DNA of 63,994 nucleotides, filler included, from Bigelowiella natans CCMP2755 (taxonomy: Eukaryota; Protista; Cercozoa): assembly GCA_000320545.1 (NCBI GenBank). It is 6 parts of 6 records of this genome, joined end to end, with 100 filler letters (N's around TTAATTAATTAA, not from the genome) between each part and the next. Parts side by side here need not be neighbours in the genome. Positions count along the whole stretch, not along the records: positions 1 to 18,893 come from ADNK01001618.1; 5 more parts are not named here. One strand, written 5' to 3'. Below, piece after piece: positions 1-13,626 of the stretch (positions are counted from its first letter, which is position 1; each line of letters begins with the position of its first letter). The notes below the pieces were generated by a model. It was given only the letters and a program-made list of their open reading frames with translations, had not been told where the DNA came from and made no database searches. A program made the position numbers and the translations under genes.

Positions 1-188
1 CGACAGGGGGGGCTTGTGGTTTTTATTCTGAAACGCAAAAAAGGCGTGTACTCGCTTCCTTTTCCCCACGGTGTATGAACCAGGCGAGAATATCCTATTC
101 CGACGCACGCTCTCTCCCCCTTGTGGTTTATGATTTTTACCATTTGCTTCTCCTGTATTCTTTTTATTTTACCTATTTTTCCTTGAAG

Positions 189-393
189 ACGGCGGGGGGG
201 TTGCTGGCGAGCGTTCCGCGATCCAACGGCCCCAAGTGCATCAAGGTAAAACGTCTCGCATCCGTCGCGCACATGCGCCGTCGAGTTCTCAACGGGCTTA
301 TAAGCTAGCGACCAGGCTTGTTGTTGTGATTTTTCTAAAGTTGTAGTAAGAAAGAAGCAGTGGCAACGATTGGGCTCTTATTCCTGCACACCG

Positions 394-425
<32 letters not shown>

Positions 426-542
426 GTTCTCTGTTTTACTGACACTACAAACAAACTCCGCCAGGCACTGAAGGACGCCGGCTATAGGAAGGCCACGGTC
501 GTGGGGAGAATCACCAAAGGCAACGTCATCAAAGTTGTTTAG
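189..542 (+). CDS. selD: Selenide, water dikinase (selenophosphate synthetase), last two exons; 5' part lies outside the window
   Basis: Exons 189-245 and 465-542 with GT-AG borders splice to TAGGLLASVPRSNGPKCIK-ALKDAGYRKATVVGRITKGNVIKVV*, matching the (DPQ)TxGGLL...IG.I C-terminus of the SelD/AIRS_C fold. Confidence 0.75.
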
Positions 543-1264
543 CCGAATGCATATCGTAAGAAGCAGCAGGTCTTACATGACAGGAAAACGCACTGCATGA
601 GATTCATAAAGCCTTATTATTATAGCAAAGTTAGTCTACATGCGAAGGATCCCACTGGGATAACAAATAATAAATATTGTGAGCAATAATTTGATATTGA
701 AGCAATGTGTGCTGCATGATATTGCTGCCAGACGACGTTCGCACCTGCCAAGCCTGCATTTTGTAAAACAAATATAATTTTGCCTGGCAGATGTACACAC
801 TATGCAGACCGTGGCTTGGTACATTATTACTAGTCTTTTTGCGTAAAAGCCGTTCAGTTATTAAATGTCGGTAGTCATGCTGCTTGCATGCACAAGCTCG
901 CGTAAGGCTGTGTACTCGCGACATTAGCGCGCAGCATGGCTAGATAGCAGCACACCATATACCTACATATCTGTCCTAACGTACTAGCTAAGCATAAAAC
1001 GTTTCGCAAGGATGTATTATTAATAATAATAGGCGCCATAAAAGCCGATCGATGTCTGTACGATTAGCATTAACTGTTTGTGCGTACTATCATTGCTAGA
1101 TTGGGAGCGAGCTGATGACTAAAGCTATTAGTTTAATACATGTAATAAACTACATCGCGCGTGCCATACAAACGCGCACATCTATTGTTAATAGGTCGTG
1201 GCCGCCGCACAGCGCATAGCCTATCGTTGTCTACGCTAGATGCGTCTTCTAGTGTCGATAGTAA

Positions 1265-1977
1265 TTATGCACCGTATTGCTGGCGCTCAAGAATCGCATC
1301 CAGTTTGTCTTCTTCCACCGAATCGTAGTCCTCCCCGCTGTCGCCCGCTTGCATGGGACGGAACATGGCTTCAGGCTTTGGCGCAATACGAGCATTCTCT
1401 GCCTCTCGTAGAGCCTCCAATTCGCTCTCAGACTTCTCCGTAGAACCTGAGCAGAATTCGACGACAATATATGTCACAGTTGCGGCGGGGCAACGAGACG
1501 GAAGAAGTCTGCCCACTTCGGTGGTTCTCAGAAATCCATTTTATGGCATGCTCTCTATTCCTCTCAGCCCAATGAAAAAAAAAAATCAAAAGAAGGACAA
1601 CCAAAAACGGGAGAGTCGCGCTATGGCGGCAGTGCGAACGCACTTTATGACGGTTACACATATTGCTAATATATAATAACGATAAATCATCATTTTCCAT
1701 CATCATTATTAAAATTGGGGATTCCACGCAACTGATCGAGCCAACATCCTTCTCTTTATCTTCCAGGTCTGGCGTGCGATACTCCATGTTTTCAATGTCA
1801 TTGTCGGAAGAACGCTGCCCTGGCGGTCGTTGCTCCTCGGGGCGAACACCCATTCTCATCGTCTCTCCTATGTCAGCTTCGTTGTCCTCGTCTATGTAAT
1901 AGCTGGCAAAGGACGGTTATCAAGGAGGGGGAGGCTATATCAGTCATGGATGCGCCTATTGGGAAGGTTTCGTTTGT

Positions 1978-2013
<36 letters not shown>

Positions 2014-3068
2014 AAAACATGTAAAATAAAATAAATATATCCATTGCTTTGGCGTGTGGATGCATTCATATCGTCGATGTTGCAAGAACAAAAATGCATT
2101 GGTGCTTACTCTTCTCCCACAGTCTCGCTGTCGGTATCGTCCCCTCCCCTGGTCGCCAAACGAGAACAATCAGCGATACAAAACAGAATGACTTGAGACG
2201 CCTCTCCCCCTCCTCTCCCCCACTTCTCCTCCTCCTCCTCCTCCTCCTCCTCCTCCTCCTATTCCTCTCCCCCCTCCTTGTTACCCCAGCATCTCATTGT
2301 CCTGGCCTTTGAGGGGTCTCCAAGGGCCCAGTTCGTCGCTGTCGAAGCTAACATCTTGAAAGCTCTCACTCGACACCGTAGATAGATTCGCAGCGTAGGC
2401 CTGCCAAGATACTTGCTACTCAGATTAAGCAGCAGCGGCAGCAGCGGCAGGCTGATTGATGATGACTTGTGTGTTGTTCGTGGCGACTACGACGACGACG
2501 CTAACGCCTTCTACCTTCGCCTCTTCCAGTGTCTTAAACGCCGCAGCACTCGTCAAATTGATAGGAGCATATTCCCCTCCGAACGGGCTCAGTATGATTT
2601 CTGCCCAGCAAATGCATATAATTAAGTGCGCTCGCAATGCACGTCGCTGCTCTCTCCAGGTGTCGCCGAAACATATCCCGTCCCCCCCCCCCCCTCCCCT
2701 TTTCCTCTTGCGTTCGCAGAGTGTGTTTGTGTGCCGCGCCAGCAAGCAAGCTACCGACCTCTTTTACGCATATTCTCCATCGGATCGACGAGGCCGAACC
2801 CCTCCCCGCACTCACAGTCATAGAAACCGCAAGGCTGCGGCGTAGACCAGAGCATGCTGTCGTCCATGCTCCACTTCTTCTCTCCCAGGGGGAAGTGCAC
2901 GTTGCACGTCACGAGCCACCTGTTGATGCGCGAGCTCATCCGGTCACTGCCCTGCGCGTAATCGAGGACCTGCCGTTTGTGTGTGGTGTTGTTTTTGGCT
3001 TGGCTGAGTGTGAGCTGAATCAACATGCAAAGCGCAGGGAAGGGGCGGGGGGGAGAGGGTATAGAAGG

Positions 3069-3107
<39 letters not shown>

Positions 3108-3371
3108 CTGGTGCAACGATGAAGGATAACGGGAGGGGGGGAGAGGAGGAGGCGAATTCTACTTACGAGTTTCCCACGCGTGTAGTTGCGATGCTGCAGC
3201 AGCACTTGAATCTCCTGTTGATTCGATGGACAATTAGCTGATCTTGCTCCGAAATGGGAGAATAAGATTGATGTGCGTTGTCGTCGTTCTTCACGTCACT
3301 GTACTTACTACCTCGTCAAGGTCTTGAATCTCCTTGAATATTCGTCTCCCGCAGTCTCGCAGTGCGTAGCT

Positions 3372-3409
<38 letters not shown>

Positions 3410-3916
3410 TGTGACGGTTAGAAATTCGTATTGTGCGTGACGTTTATCGTTATCACAAATTCATGTGCTGCTGCTGCTGCTGTTATTGTTGTTGTGTTTG
3501 TTTGTTTATGTTCGCTCGGCAGAGCACGTACAGGTCGACTGTCCTGAGAAGATGTATCTTCTTCTCCATCTCCTCACGCAGCTTCACCGTCAAGTGAACC
3601 ATCTTCTCATTGTCGTCGAGCTCATGAAAGGCCTTGATTCCGTTCCTCCTCCGCCACCCCTCAGCAGCCATCTCATCTAAATAGTCCTTCTCTTGAATGA
3701 CGTTCGGGTCTGTGAGGCGATCGTAGTAAGCCTTCACCGCCTTTTTGCGTGCACGTTTTTGCGTCCGGTTCCACGGGTCATAAAGGCCGAGCTCGCTCAC
3801 TTTGAGTTGATCCCAGCCGGGAGGTTTCTTCCATGTGTGGTAGCTTTGTGTAGTGGTGTATATATGTTGCGTGAGTTAGAGTGCAAGTGTCGGTGTGCGC
3901 TTACTCTGTGCGTGCA

Positions 3917-3964
<48 letters not shown>

Positions 3965-3975
3965 CTAGTGTGTGT

Positions 3976-4019
<44 letters not shown>

Positions 4020-4073
4020 TTCTATCGAATTATTTTAAACTCAATTGTTCAGCTCAATCATCTGCTAACCTAT

Positions 4074-4104
<31 letters not shown>

Positions 4105-4114
4105 AACACACACT

Positions 4115-4163
<49 letters not shown>

Positions 4164-5451
4164 GAAAAGAGAGGAAAGAGAGAAATGGGTTGGGGCTTCT
4201 GTGGCTCCTTTCATTCTGTCCCCTCCCCGTTTTTTCTTTATTAGGAAACTACTAGCGGTTGCAATTACTAGTTGTCGCTATCGGTAGCTCGATATCCATC
4301 CGGAAAAAAGGCCGAGTCCGTGGTTGCTGTCGTTGTCGTATCGAAGTCCGAAGAGGGGCTTCGGTACCTTTCAAATTGACAATTTTATCAACACACATGC
4401 GCAAAACCAAAATTTAATGCTTACACATTTATGCACAAATGCATTATTTTTACTGATTTTCGTGTATTATATATGCACGTGCGTGCGTAGTTTCGTTCGT
4501 TGGCGGTTACTCTGGTTTCCCCTTCTGTCGGCGCTTTGCTATTCTTCGTTTCTTCAGATAATCCTCCCACTTTGCGTTCTCCTCGGCCTGGATGTCCGTG
4601 TACCTGTGATGATGACGACGACGACGACGATGATGATAGCGGGGTATTGTTACAGCTCTGCATGAGACGCAATGGGAACGTTGTACGCGCGCATATCTAT
4701 GCCAAAAAATATTGCGTTGTTTCCATGTACACGGGCAGGTTTGTGTAGGCTTATTAGGCTGTTGAACAGGTAATATAGACGTTTTTATGCTTTCCCAGCA
4801 ATGCATTGCTCCTCACCGACGTCCTTGGTATAATGTGCGCCCCGAGCCCCATTCATTCAGCATCTGCAGCGTGTCTTTATCGGTGAGAGGAATCAGTCGC
4901 GACTCCACCAGCCGTAAAAAGTCACGTGCGACCGACTCGGCAGCCTCGGGGTTGATGCCGTACGCACGCTGCGCAACCAGCGACACGGCGTGAATCCTTT
5001 TCATTTCGACGTCGAGAAGTTTGCGAATCGGGGGCGCCCTGTCTGTTTGCGAAAGCTGGAAGCCGTCGCTATAGGTGGTGGAGTTTGCGATGCCGATCTT
5101 GGAGAATAGGTTGTAGAGGTCGTGCGTGTAGTCCAGCGCATGGCCTGAGAGCTCCCGTTCGAAGGGGTCTTCCTCCCTCCCTTTCCCTGAGAACGACGCC
5201 TTCAACTCATCTGTATCAAGATCTTCCTTCTCGGGATCGATCTCTCGTTCCACCCGCACCCCCCCCCTGAGCTTCCGGACAAAGGAAAAGCTACTGGCGA
5301 CGGCACTGTACGGTGCAGCGAGCGATCTATCGGTAGCCCCCCCGCCAGCCCTCAACCCCATTTTGATTGGTTTCTCTTTATGCTGCATCAAGGACAGGGA
5401 AATGAAGAGTACCAACCACACAGCCCCCCCCACAGGCCGTCGCGGCCTCAT
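1265..5451 (-). CDS. Multi-exon hypothetical protein with N-terminal signal peptide plus transit-like leader (plastid/periplastid-targeted candidate)
   Basis: Starts MRPRRPVGGAVWLVLFISLSL (hydrophobic). The exons at ~4510-4600, ~4270-4365 and ~3530-3845 join in frame (…KGKPE|YRSPSSD…DSDNY|YHTWKKPPGW…). Further exon-like segments run to …LDAILERQQYGA* at 1265; those joins were not all checked. No recognisable domain. Confidence 0.55.
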
Positions 5452-6120
5452 TCGGGCAGCCTCTTGCCCGGGCGCAGCGATTGGGTTTCTTGCCAGGTAC
5501 GAGGACAGTGCTCCGACAGTTAGCAATTCATACTTGGTGATATATTTATATTTTCCACGATAAATTACGGATATATTTCTTCCTAAATATCCAGGATATT
5601 GTGCGATGACACAACGCCATGATCGATGGGGAATCGCTCGTTGAACTCGGTATGAGTATTTTTCCTAAGTTTTGGCTAGTTTGGATCGGCCTACTGCTCA
5701 GAGAGAACCGGTCCCCCATGCGGCTTGAGCATATTTAGACTAGTTTTGAAGCGAAAAACATGTAAAAAAGTAATCTGGAAATTTTTCTACGAGTGAAGGC
5801 ACTACAAAAAAACTCGCAGAGTATCCGTTGGGCTCACTCCCAAGGCTGTGTACACCCAAAATGTCTATATTTCAGAATTGAGGTACATTTTTGAGTTGCG
5901 ACTTTCTTCACAGTGGAGATTAGCAGGGAATCTTACGACTATCCTTCTAACCGATAATGATGCAAAACCTAGTATGTTTTTGGTCGTCTAGTCATCAACG
6001 GTATTGGGATGGTTTTAGGGTACTACGACATGAACATAATCCTTAATTTACGGTAAAATCACCAATATTTTATTGATTGTGTGATCAGATCTGAATTCAA
6101 AGGCGAGGCTCGAGGCAAGA

Positions 6121-8760
6121 ATGGCGTCTCGAATCCCCAGAGGAGGCGTCACCTCTAGCACGCGGGGCAAGTCCTCTTATGACCCCACCGCATACGCCAA
6201 GAAGATGGCAGAAAAAAGAGCTCGTGCGCAAAAGTTGCGGGAGGAGAGAAAAGCTAAGGCATCGGAAAATGCCGCCAAGGCGGCACAGAGAGAGGCTGCA
6301 AGACGGTCAAGTTTCTCTGGCTTTACGCATTGAGTCGGTATCCTAATTTGAAATTTGAATATTAGGTCTCAGTTTGAATCCTTGTCGAAAACGGGAACGT
6401 TCGAACAGTCTTCAGAGAATTTGCCATCCAATTCGGCGTCCACTGCATCGCTCTCCGCGCGCAGCAGCACCAATGCTGAGAAGGAAAATCGTTTCAACGC
6501 TACACCGGGTAGGGGTAGTGTCGTTATCGACCAAGAGACTAAGAACCTCATCGAAAGCTTACTCTCCCGTGTGAAGGCCCTTGAGTCTGCGCTAAGCTCG
6601 CAAAAGGTGGTAGTAGTGTGCGGCTTGCTACGTGGCAATGATAAAACATGCACAATCGCTTTCACCATCAACGTGATATTCACAACAGTAAAGATTGCAT
6701 GCGATGAGCACCTGCTGATTCATCGACTCTAAAATCACTGTCCCCTGGTACTCCCATTCTCCCTCAACAGACTGAACTCGAGTCCTCAATAACCGATCTG
6801 CGACTTAGCCAGGAGAGTCGGCAGCGACAAACAGATCGCAGAATCAAAGCCTTGGAAAAGGAAAATTCTGTGCTAAAACGGAAAATTAAAGAAATCCGCA
6901 CGACCCCATCGTCATCATCGTCCCCTGCCCATGCCAGCGCTGCTGCTCCAGCTTCCATCGTTGAAGAGAAAGTGGTCGCGACGAAGCCAAAAGCAGCGGA
7001 AAAGAAGCAGGTTAAGAAGAATCCAACGTCGGCCAAGTCCTCCCCCCCTTTTGCCTCTAATAACATTTCCTCTATCGGAGGACGAGGGGTGAAAGAGCCT
7101 GTAGCCGCCAAGGTCTTTATTATTCTTAGCACATATTTTACGCGTGTATGTTATACCGAGGGGAGGGGGGGAAAAAAGGCACCATCGGCGTTGCTTTTGC
7201 TGTGGACAGTGGTGGTCTTGTCTCAACACCAGATTTTGATTACGTGTCGATGTGCTCCGTCAGCGTCCTCCCATCGCAAATTTGGACGACATGCCCGTGG
7301 GCGGGAGCGGAGGTGCAGACGGACAAGGAATAAATCCAACAGTAAATCTTGACGAATTGCCAGTGGGCGGAGGAGCGGGGCTCTCAGGAGGGCCGTCTCC
7401 ATTTGGAGCAGCAGCAGGCGGAATGTCGGGGTTAGGAAGTGGAAGCGGGAATCCTCCTGTTGACCCTTTCGGTCCTGCAGTGCCCGTTCAGGTTGTAGTA
7501 AGTAGCTCTGCTCTTGGTTTGCTGTCAATTTTTTAGTGTGTGATGACGGTAGTGGTAGTGGTGGTGGTGGTGGTGGTGGTGGCGACGAGTTGATTAGAGA
7601 CTCCTTTGTCGCACCACCTTAGTGGGAGATACCTAACTCCGAGTGGAATTGCGCGTGGGCAGGGCACTGTTTTCATTCATCCTGGAATCGCGCAAATTCT
7701 TATTGCGATTGGAGGGGGGGGGGGAGCATCCATGCCATTTCGAAGAAGTGTATGTGCGTGTGCATGTGATGGACGTGTTTGCATTGCCTGTTCTCAGTTG
7801 CATCCATGCCCTCACTGTGGGCGAAAGTTCAACAAAAATGCTCTTGCGCGCCATCTCAAGCTGAAGGTTTGTCTGAAGAAGCGGAAACCCATGAAGGTAC
7901 GGATATGTACTTTATTCAATCAGGCTATTGAGGAGGACAATCAGCACAATCTAATATCATTTTGGAGCAGCATTGGGAGGGGGGAAAGGGGAGGGGGGTA
8001 GAGTTTCAAACATTCCGCCGATTAATTAAACATACACCTCCCCCCCCCACACACACACGCTGCAAGCACACGCACGCTATAATATAGGTTGGAAAATTTG
8101 TTATACAATCGCCGCCTACCGATGCCACTGTACCCCCACCAACATCTATTTCATCAACCACCACAGGTGACTGTCCTAGACGGTGATACGGCCAAGGCGT
8201 CCAAAGAAGCCCAGCGCAACAATCGCTCAAGCAACCGAAAATTCGAGCGTCTTCAAAAGAAGAAAGAGGAGCAGAAGAAGATACCCAAATGGAAGCTGCA
8301 GCGGATGCAGCTGCAAGAGGCAATGAAGGCAGGCCGCCAAATAAAAGAGGCGCTCGCATCCGGAAAATCACTGGCAGATTTGCCCCCTCCGACCAGTTCC
8401 GTCCCGGACGGCAGGGTGCGTTGTGTGCTGCTGGGGGGGGGTGGAGTCCGCTTCCACCACCCTCTCCCTTGCTCCTCCCCACCCCTCTTTTTACACGCCT
8501 GGAAAGCGTGCCGTTTCTTGAAAACTACGTAGATATTTTCGGAAGCTGTTTCTCTGACTGCCACGCGCATGAAAACAAAATCATACATTGTGCGTTATCT
8601 CCCCCGCCCGTTTCAGGTGGCGTGCAGCAATTGCGGACGCAAATTCAACGAGGACCGCATTGCCAAACATATGAGCATCTGCAAGAAGATTAACAAAGGC
8701 AAGGGAGGTGTAAAGAAGAAGGCTGGGTCCGCACGTTCTCGGGTTGGAACTCGACGCTGA
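6121..8760 (+). CDS. Zinc finger C2HC domain-containing protein (ZC2HC1/FAM164-like), multi-exon
   Basis: Two C2HC fingers, LHPCPHCGRKFNKNALARHLKLKVC and VACSNCGRKFNEDRIAKHMSIC, linked by the family-typical PKWKLQRMQLQEAMKAGR…LPPPTSS…DGRV segment. Confidence 0.8.
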
Positions 8761-9511
8761 GACTTGAAAATGATGGCGCGCGTTAAGGCAAATGTCTTGC
8801 TTTTCCGCCATTTTGTTCGTTCTTTAGTCATTTAAAAAAGCTGGAGAACTGAGAATAGAATCGAATTAAATTGAATGGACATGCTGCATGCTGTGTGTAC
8901 ATGTAATATATATGCACTGCATGCACCGTAATAAGATGATGTGAACGCGGTCGCAACAATGCATGCGCACATAATTGCACGTTCGTCTCGCTAGCATGCG
9001 GCGTGCCTCATAGCATCATTGCAGCGTACGTGAACAACATTGTCGTCTGGCATTTACACTAGTATGCATGTTTTAATACACGGTGGCTGCCTTGCCATGC
9101 GCTAGCAACTAGCTATTATAATTATAAGTAAATGTCCAATTTGTAACCTCGAGTGTGAAAAATGTAAAAAAGGCGTTGAACATAAGGTATGTACCTGGTC
9201 TACTAGAAAAGAACCCATGCCTAACTAGCCATAGCTAGGCACATTGTGTACGCACATGACTGCTTATGAGCCTGCACATGCTCTGCCATACTGGCATAGA
9301 TCATGTGTTAGCTGCTATAGTAGATCACATGCTATGATCGATGACCATATATGTGACTAGATGACCTGTGTACATCTCAACATAAATTGCTGTAATGTGT
9401 AACACGTTGGGATGCAGCAACCTAGCAACGGAAAGAGACGTGCACAATGCATTATACGACATAACAATGCTATCCTCAAGCTTTCTCGTAGGCTTTGTTT
9501 AGCTTCTCTAG

Positions 9512-10075
9512 CTACGTCGACGCTCCATTCCTCCGCAATTCCTCCTCATTTAGAGCCGCCAGCGTGACCTTCTCAAACCCATCAAGGGCAGAATGCATCC
9601 CTGCGATCTCCCCTTTCACCCAACGCGCATTTTCCCGCGCTGTGACATCTTTCCGCGACGTGAAGACCAAATTTTCTATTTGCTTTTTAATCAAATTATA
9701 GCGGAATCCGCCATCGCTTTTGCCGCGGTTGCTCCCCTTCCTCCTCATCATCCTGCCTTCTTGTGTCGCGCCTATTTTTTTGGTTTGCAGTTCAGGATGT
9801 AGTTCCTTGCATGTTTTTCGTGTTCGGCTCACATAAGTAGTTTTGTTAGTGGGGTGCGTTTCACTACCTCGGTTGGCGTGTTTGCCTTTCACAAAACCCA
9901 TGCTATCGTGCTTTACTGGGGGGTGAGAAGACCACTTCGCACCATCCCTCATAGAAATCTTCCTCTGGATGTAGGAGAAGTAGTATTTCTCGTCCTCTTT
10001 CTTGACCTTGCGCGACTTCCGTTTTGCCTTTATGTCTTCAAGGAGAGTACTATCTATTCCTGAAGTGGCGTGGTA

Positions 10076-10133
<58 letters not shown>

Positions 10134-11087
10134 AAGCATATATTGCAGCGCGTCGGATTTAATCGATGGATATGTGTAAATGCAGTTTTGAGAAGAGGTG
10201 AGTTGAAACGGGAGGTAAACAGATGCTTAAGACCCAAAAAAAAAGCAGTTTTTGAGAATTTTACGATCATCGGCGTCTGTGATGAATCATCTCGCCAACA
10301 ACCCCTTTTCTCCCAGGCATGGTTTTGTATTTCCCGGTTCATATCAATGAAGTCTACCAGCGATTCTCAAATTCCCCAGACTTGAACTCAACTTTCGCAT
10401 CTTCTTCGATGTCGGGGCCCCTGCCCTTTCTGGATTAGGATACCCTCTTCTTCCTGCCCGCCCCGTTTGGTGAAGACCCTGTACGATCTGCGTGAAAGTA
10501 TTCTCCCTCCATTGTTGGATGTGCTGCGAGTTGAAGAAATCAATGGTTCTGGGTGGATCCCCACGAGTACGAGAGCGGGGAAGAGCGGGATATGATAATG
10601 ACATCGGCGATTTGTTTCCTTGCGAGCTTTTACCGCCCGCAGACGCAGTTAAACCTCCCACCGCCGTCTTCACTGGTGGCGAGTAATGGAGGTAAGAAAA
10701 GCTTTTGGGACTGGTCTCCACCATCGCTTTCTTGTAGGCCATAATTTGGGATCCGAGGGACCTGCGATTTCTTCGCAGGAGACTCCATTTTCTTGTTTGG
10801 TCTGCCCCACTGCCGTATTTTTTGTTCCCGCATACTGCTTCAGAGTGGCTAGCATTGCCATTGGGAGAGAAATTTGTCCCCTCCCCAAGTTGCGGCGATG
10901 CCTGCTGAGTACCCCCATCCCATCGCCTGAGCCTGCTTTGGGCCATCTTTCTGGGGGGAAATGAGTATGATCTTCCTGCGTCCGTGAGCGAACTCTTTCG
11001 GCATCGCTGTTGGTGGGAATTTGCATGCTGCTTTGAGCGCATCATCGGGCCAAGGTCCTTCGATCGACAGAGAGAAGGATCTCTCAT
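9512..11087 (-). CDS. Hypothetical basic/low-complexity protein (probably two exons)
   Basis: ORFs 10344-11087 and ~9512-10060 are separated by a microsatellite-containing intron-like stretch; no motif recognised; start uncertain. Confidence 0.4.
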
Positions 11088-11503
11088 CGTGAGCCCCCGC
11101 CTCTTTCCTCAATTGCCATTTCCGGCGGCCATTCTCGGGACGCCGTGGTTCATAGTGCTAAGCGGGTTTAAAGGTTAAAACGCAATATGAAGTGTCTTTT
11201 GGAGTAAACGCATGGCGTTTTTAATATTAAAAGTTACTGGCGGCCAAAGCCAACGAGCACGGTATCTCTTGTGGTTGAGATCCAACAATGGAGCAGGAAA
11301 TATTTTGTGCGAAATCTATGCGGATGGACTTGGCGATGCTTGATCTCAGGAACGATTGCCGTCGACACCTAGTGTCATTCTTAGGAGAGAAAAATAATAC
11401 ATTTATGGATATATTGGCTATTATTTATTATCGGTAAAAGATCGACTTAGAGCCGACTGCAGCTGACCGTCGTCCTTTTCCATCGAGGCACGCAGCCCTC
11501 CTC

Positions 11504-11822
11504 ATGCGATCCAAGAGGAATGACTCAAAATCCACCACAAAGCGCTTAGTGATGCCTTCCATCGTCGTCCACGGAGGTGCCTACGACATACCTAAGGACC
11601 ATGAGCGCCGCCACCTTGGTACGAGAGGTTTTTTGTCGACAGACCGTCGTTGACTAACATCTCCTACTTCACAATCCAGCTGGAGTTGCCAGGGCGGCGA
11701 GGGCAGGCTACGCCATTCTCGCAGAAGGGGGCTCAGCGATCGACGCCTGCGAAGCAGCTGTTAGAGTCTTGGAAGACGATCCGGTGAATACAACCCGTGC
11801 TCGCCAGCACTAGTTGCAATAT

Positions 11823-11854
<32 letters not shown>

Positions 11855-12552
11855 TGAGGGCGACAAGGAGCGTTTGCCTTACCCAATTTGCAACAGGTCT
11901 TCGACGCTGGTTACGGCAGTGTCCTAAATGCCGATGGCGAGGTATGAATTTTCCCATCACTGTGCAAAAAAATTCACAATGATAAAGTAGTTGTGGGGTG
12001 GTGATATCGGTTTGTACGGCAGCAGCTATCGCCGTCTGTGTAAGCATTAATATATGATTGTGCCGACTTTCCACAGGTTGAAATGGACGCGGTTTTGTGT
12101 GATGGGTCTTCTGTAGACTTCGGCTCTGTTTGCGCCATCCGGAACATCCGCCACCCGATTAGGTAGTGTGGCAAAACAGCAAAAGAGACATGTTTGGTGC
12201 CGTTCGTAATCAATCGCTGAATCTGAATTACGCAAATACCCAAAACTAAGCTTTTCAAGAAGATACACCGCGCTGAGAATTCTGTAACAAATTTTCAAGC
12301 GCAATTTTTGGGTTATATGCTTAAATTGATAGCCAACCCCACCAACAACAGCGTGGCGCGAAAGGTACTCGAGGCCACCTCGCATTGCATATTGGTCGGA
12401 GATAACGCAAAGAAATTTGCTTTGAAGCATGGCTTCAAGGTTGCTGGTTATGAAATATTAGTAAATCAACCCATGAAAACATTAAATTATTGATAAATAT
12501 ACGCAAATATGTTCGTTTTATACTGTGTGCGAGTACATCCCAACATGAAGAA

Positions 12553-12593
<41 letters not shown>

Positions 12594-13626
12594 TGTGTGT
12601 GTGTGTGTGTGTGTGCGTACGTGTGTCACTGATGTGTGTCTGAATATTATATGGATATAGCACTCTCCAACCTCGGAGCTCGTTACGGCAGACGTACAGG
12701 ACGAGTTCAAAAGAATGGACAAATTCGAAAAATCCGTGAATACGATCTACAATCGCAAGGCAATGAGCTCCATTCCGCCTTCTGCAAGTTTCTCACTCCC
12801 CCCCCTCCTTCCCCCTCCCCCGTTCACTTTCCTGGATATGCACACACACACACACACACACACACCAAAACCATGGCATGGTTCCTGGACAGTCGCTAAC
12901 TGATAAATTGCTTCTGAAGGGCCTCGATCACGACACCGTCGGATGCGTGTGCCGTGATGCATTCGGGAACATTGCCAGCGGGACCTCGACGGGGGGAATC
13001 ACAGCAAAGCTTCCTGGAAGGGTTGGCGACTCGCCGATCTTCGGCGCTGGGTAACTTGTTCAAATGTGGTAGGAATGGAAAGAGTGACATGTATGCTGCT
13101 GCGGTTTCATAAAGAAATGTGCACGCACAACTTGCGACTCACTCCCATTTTTCACCACCGTAGTGCCTACGCTGACTCAAGCACGTGTGGAGTGTCGGCG
13201 ACTGGCCACGGAGAGAGCATCCTCCGCACGATGTTGTCGGCAAGAATTGCATGGGGTTTTAGTGAACAGCAGAAGAAGAATACCAAGAAGGACGTTTGTC
13301 ACCGTCCATCATCGTCGGGGAACAATGGCAGCTCTGTGATCAAGCAAGAGCTGGACGTCATGCTCTCGATGACTGGAGGGCGCGGCGGTGCAATCGCGGT
13401 GTCCGCCGAAAACGGAGCCTGTTCTGTCTTTCACACCACTTCAAAAATGTCATGGGCTGCAGTTTCGACTGAGGGTGTGCTAGTTTCAGGGCTTGGACAC
13501 CGCGGCTGCAGCAGTGGCAGCAGCTTGGGCTTGGCACACGATGATGGCGGCAGCAAGAATGACCAGATCAATGGTGGTCGCAGCTCCGGCTCCAAAAGAA
13601 CAAACACAGCACGAGCGAAGCTGTGA
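11504..13626 (+). CDS. ASRGL1: Isoaspartyl peptidase / L-asparaginase (Ntn hydrolase, ASRGL1/IaaA family)
   Basis: Spliced exons give [45 protein letters not shown], catalytic HDTVG…[28 protein letters not shown] and SATGHGE. One intron (~12760) uses a GC donor. Start is 11504 or 11552. Confidence 0.95.

Noticed and set aside
543-620. ATGA…AA motifs after selD as a SECIS
   Set aside because: Spacing between ATGA and the AA loop is too short and there is no convincing stem.
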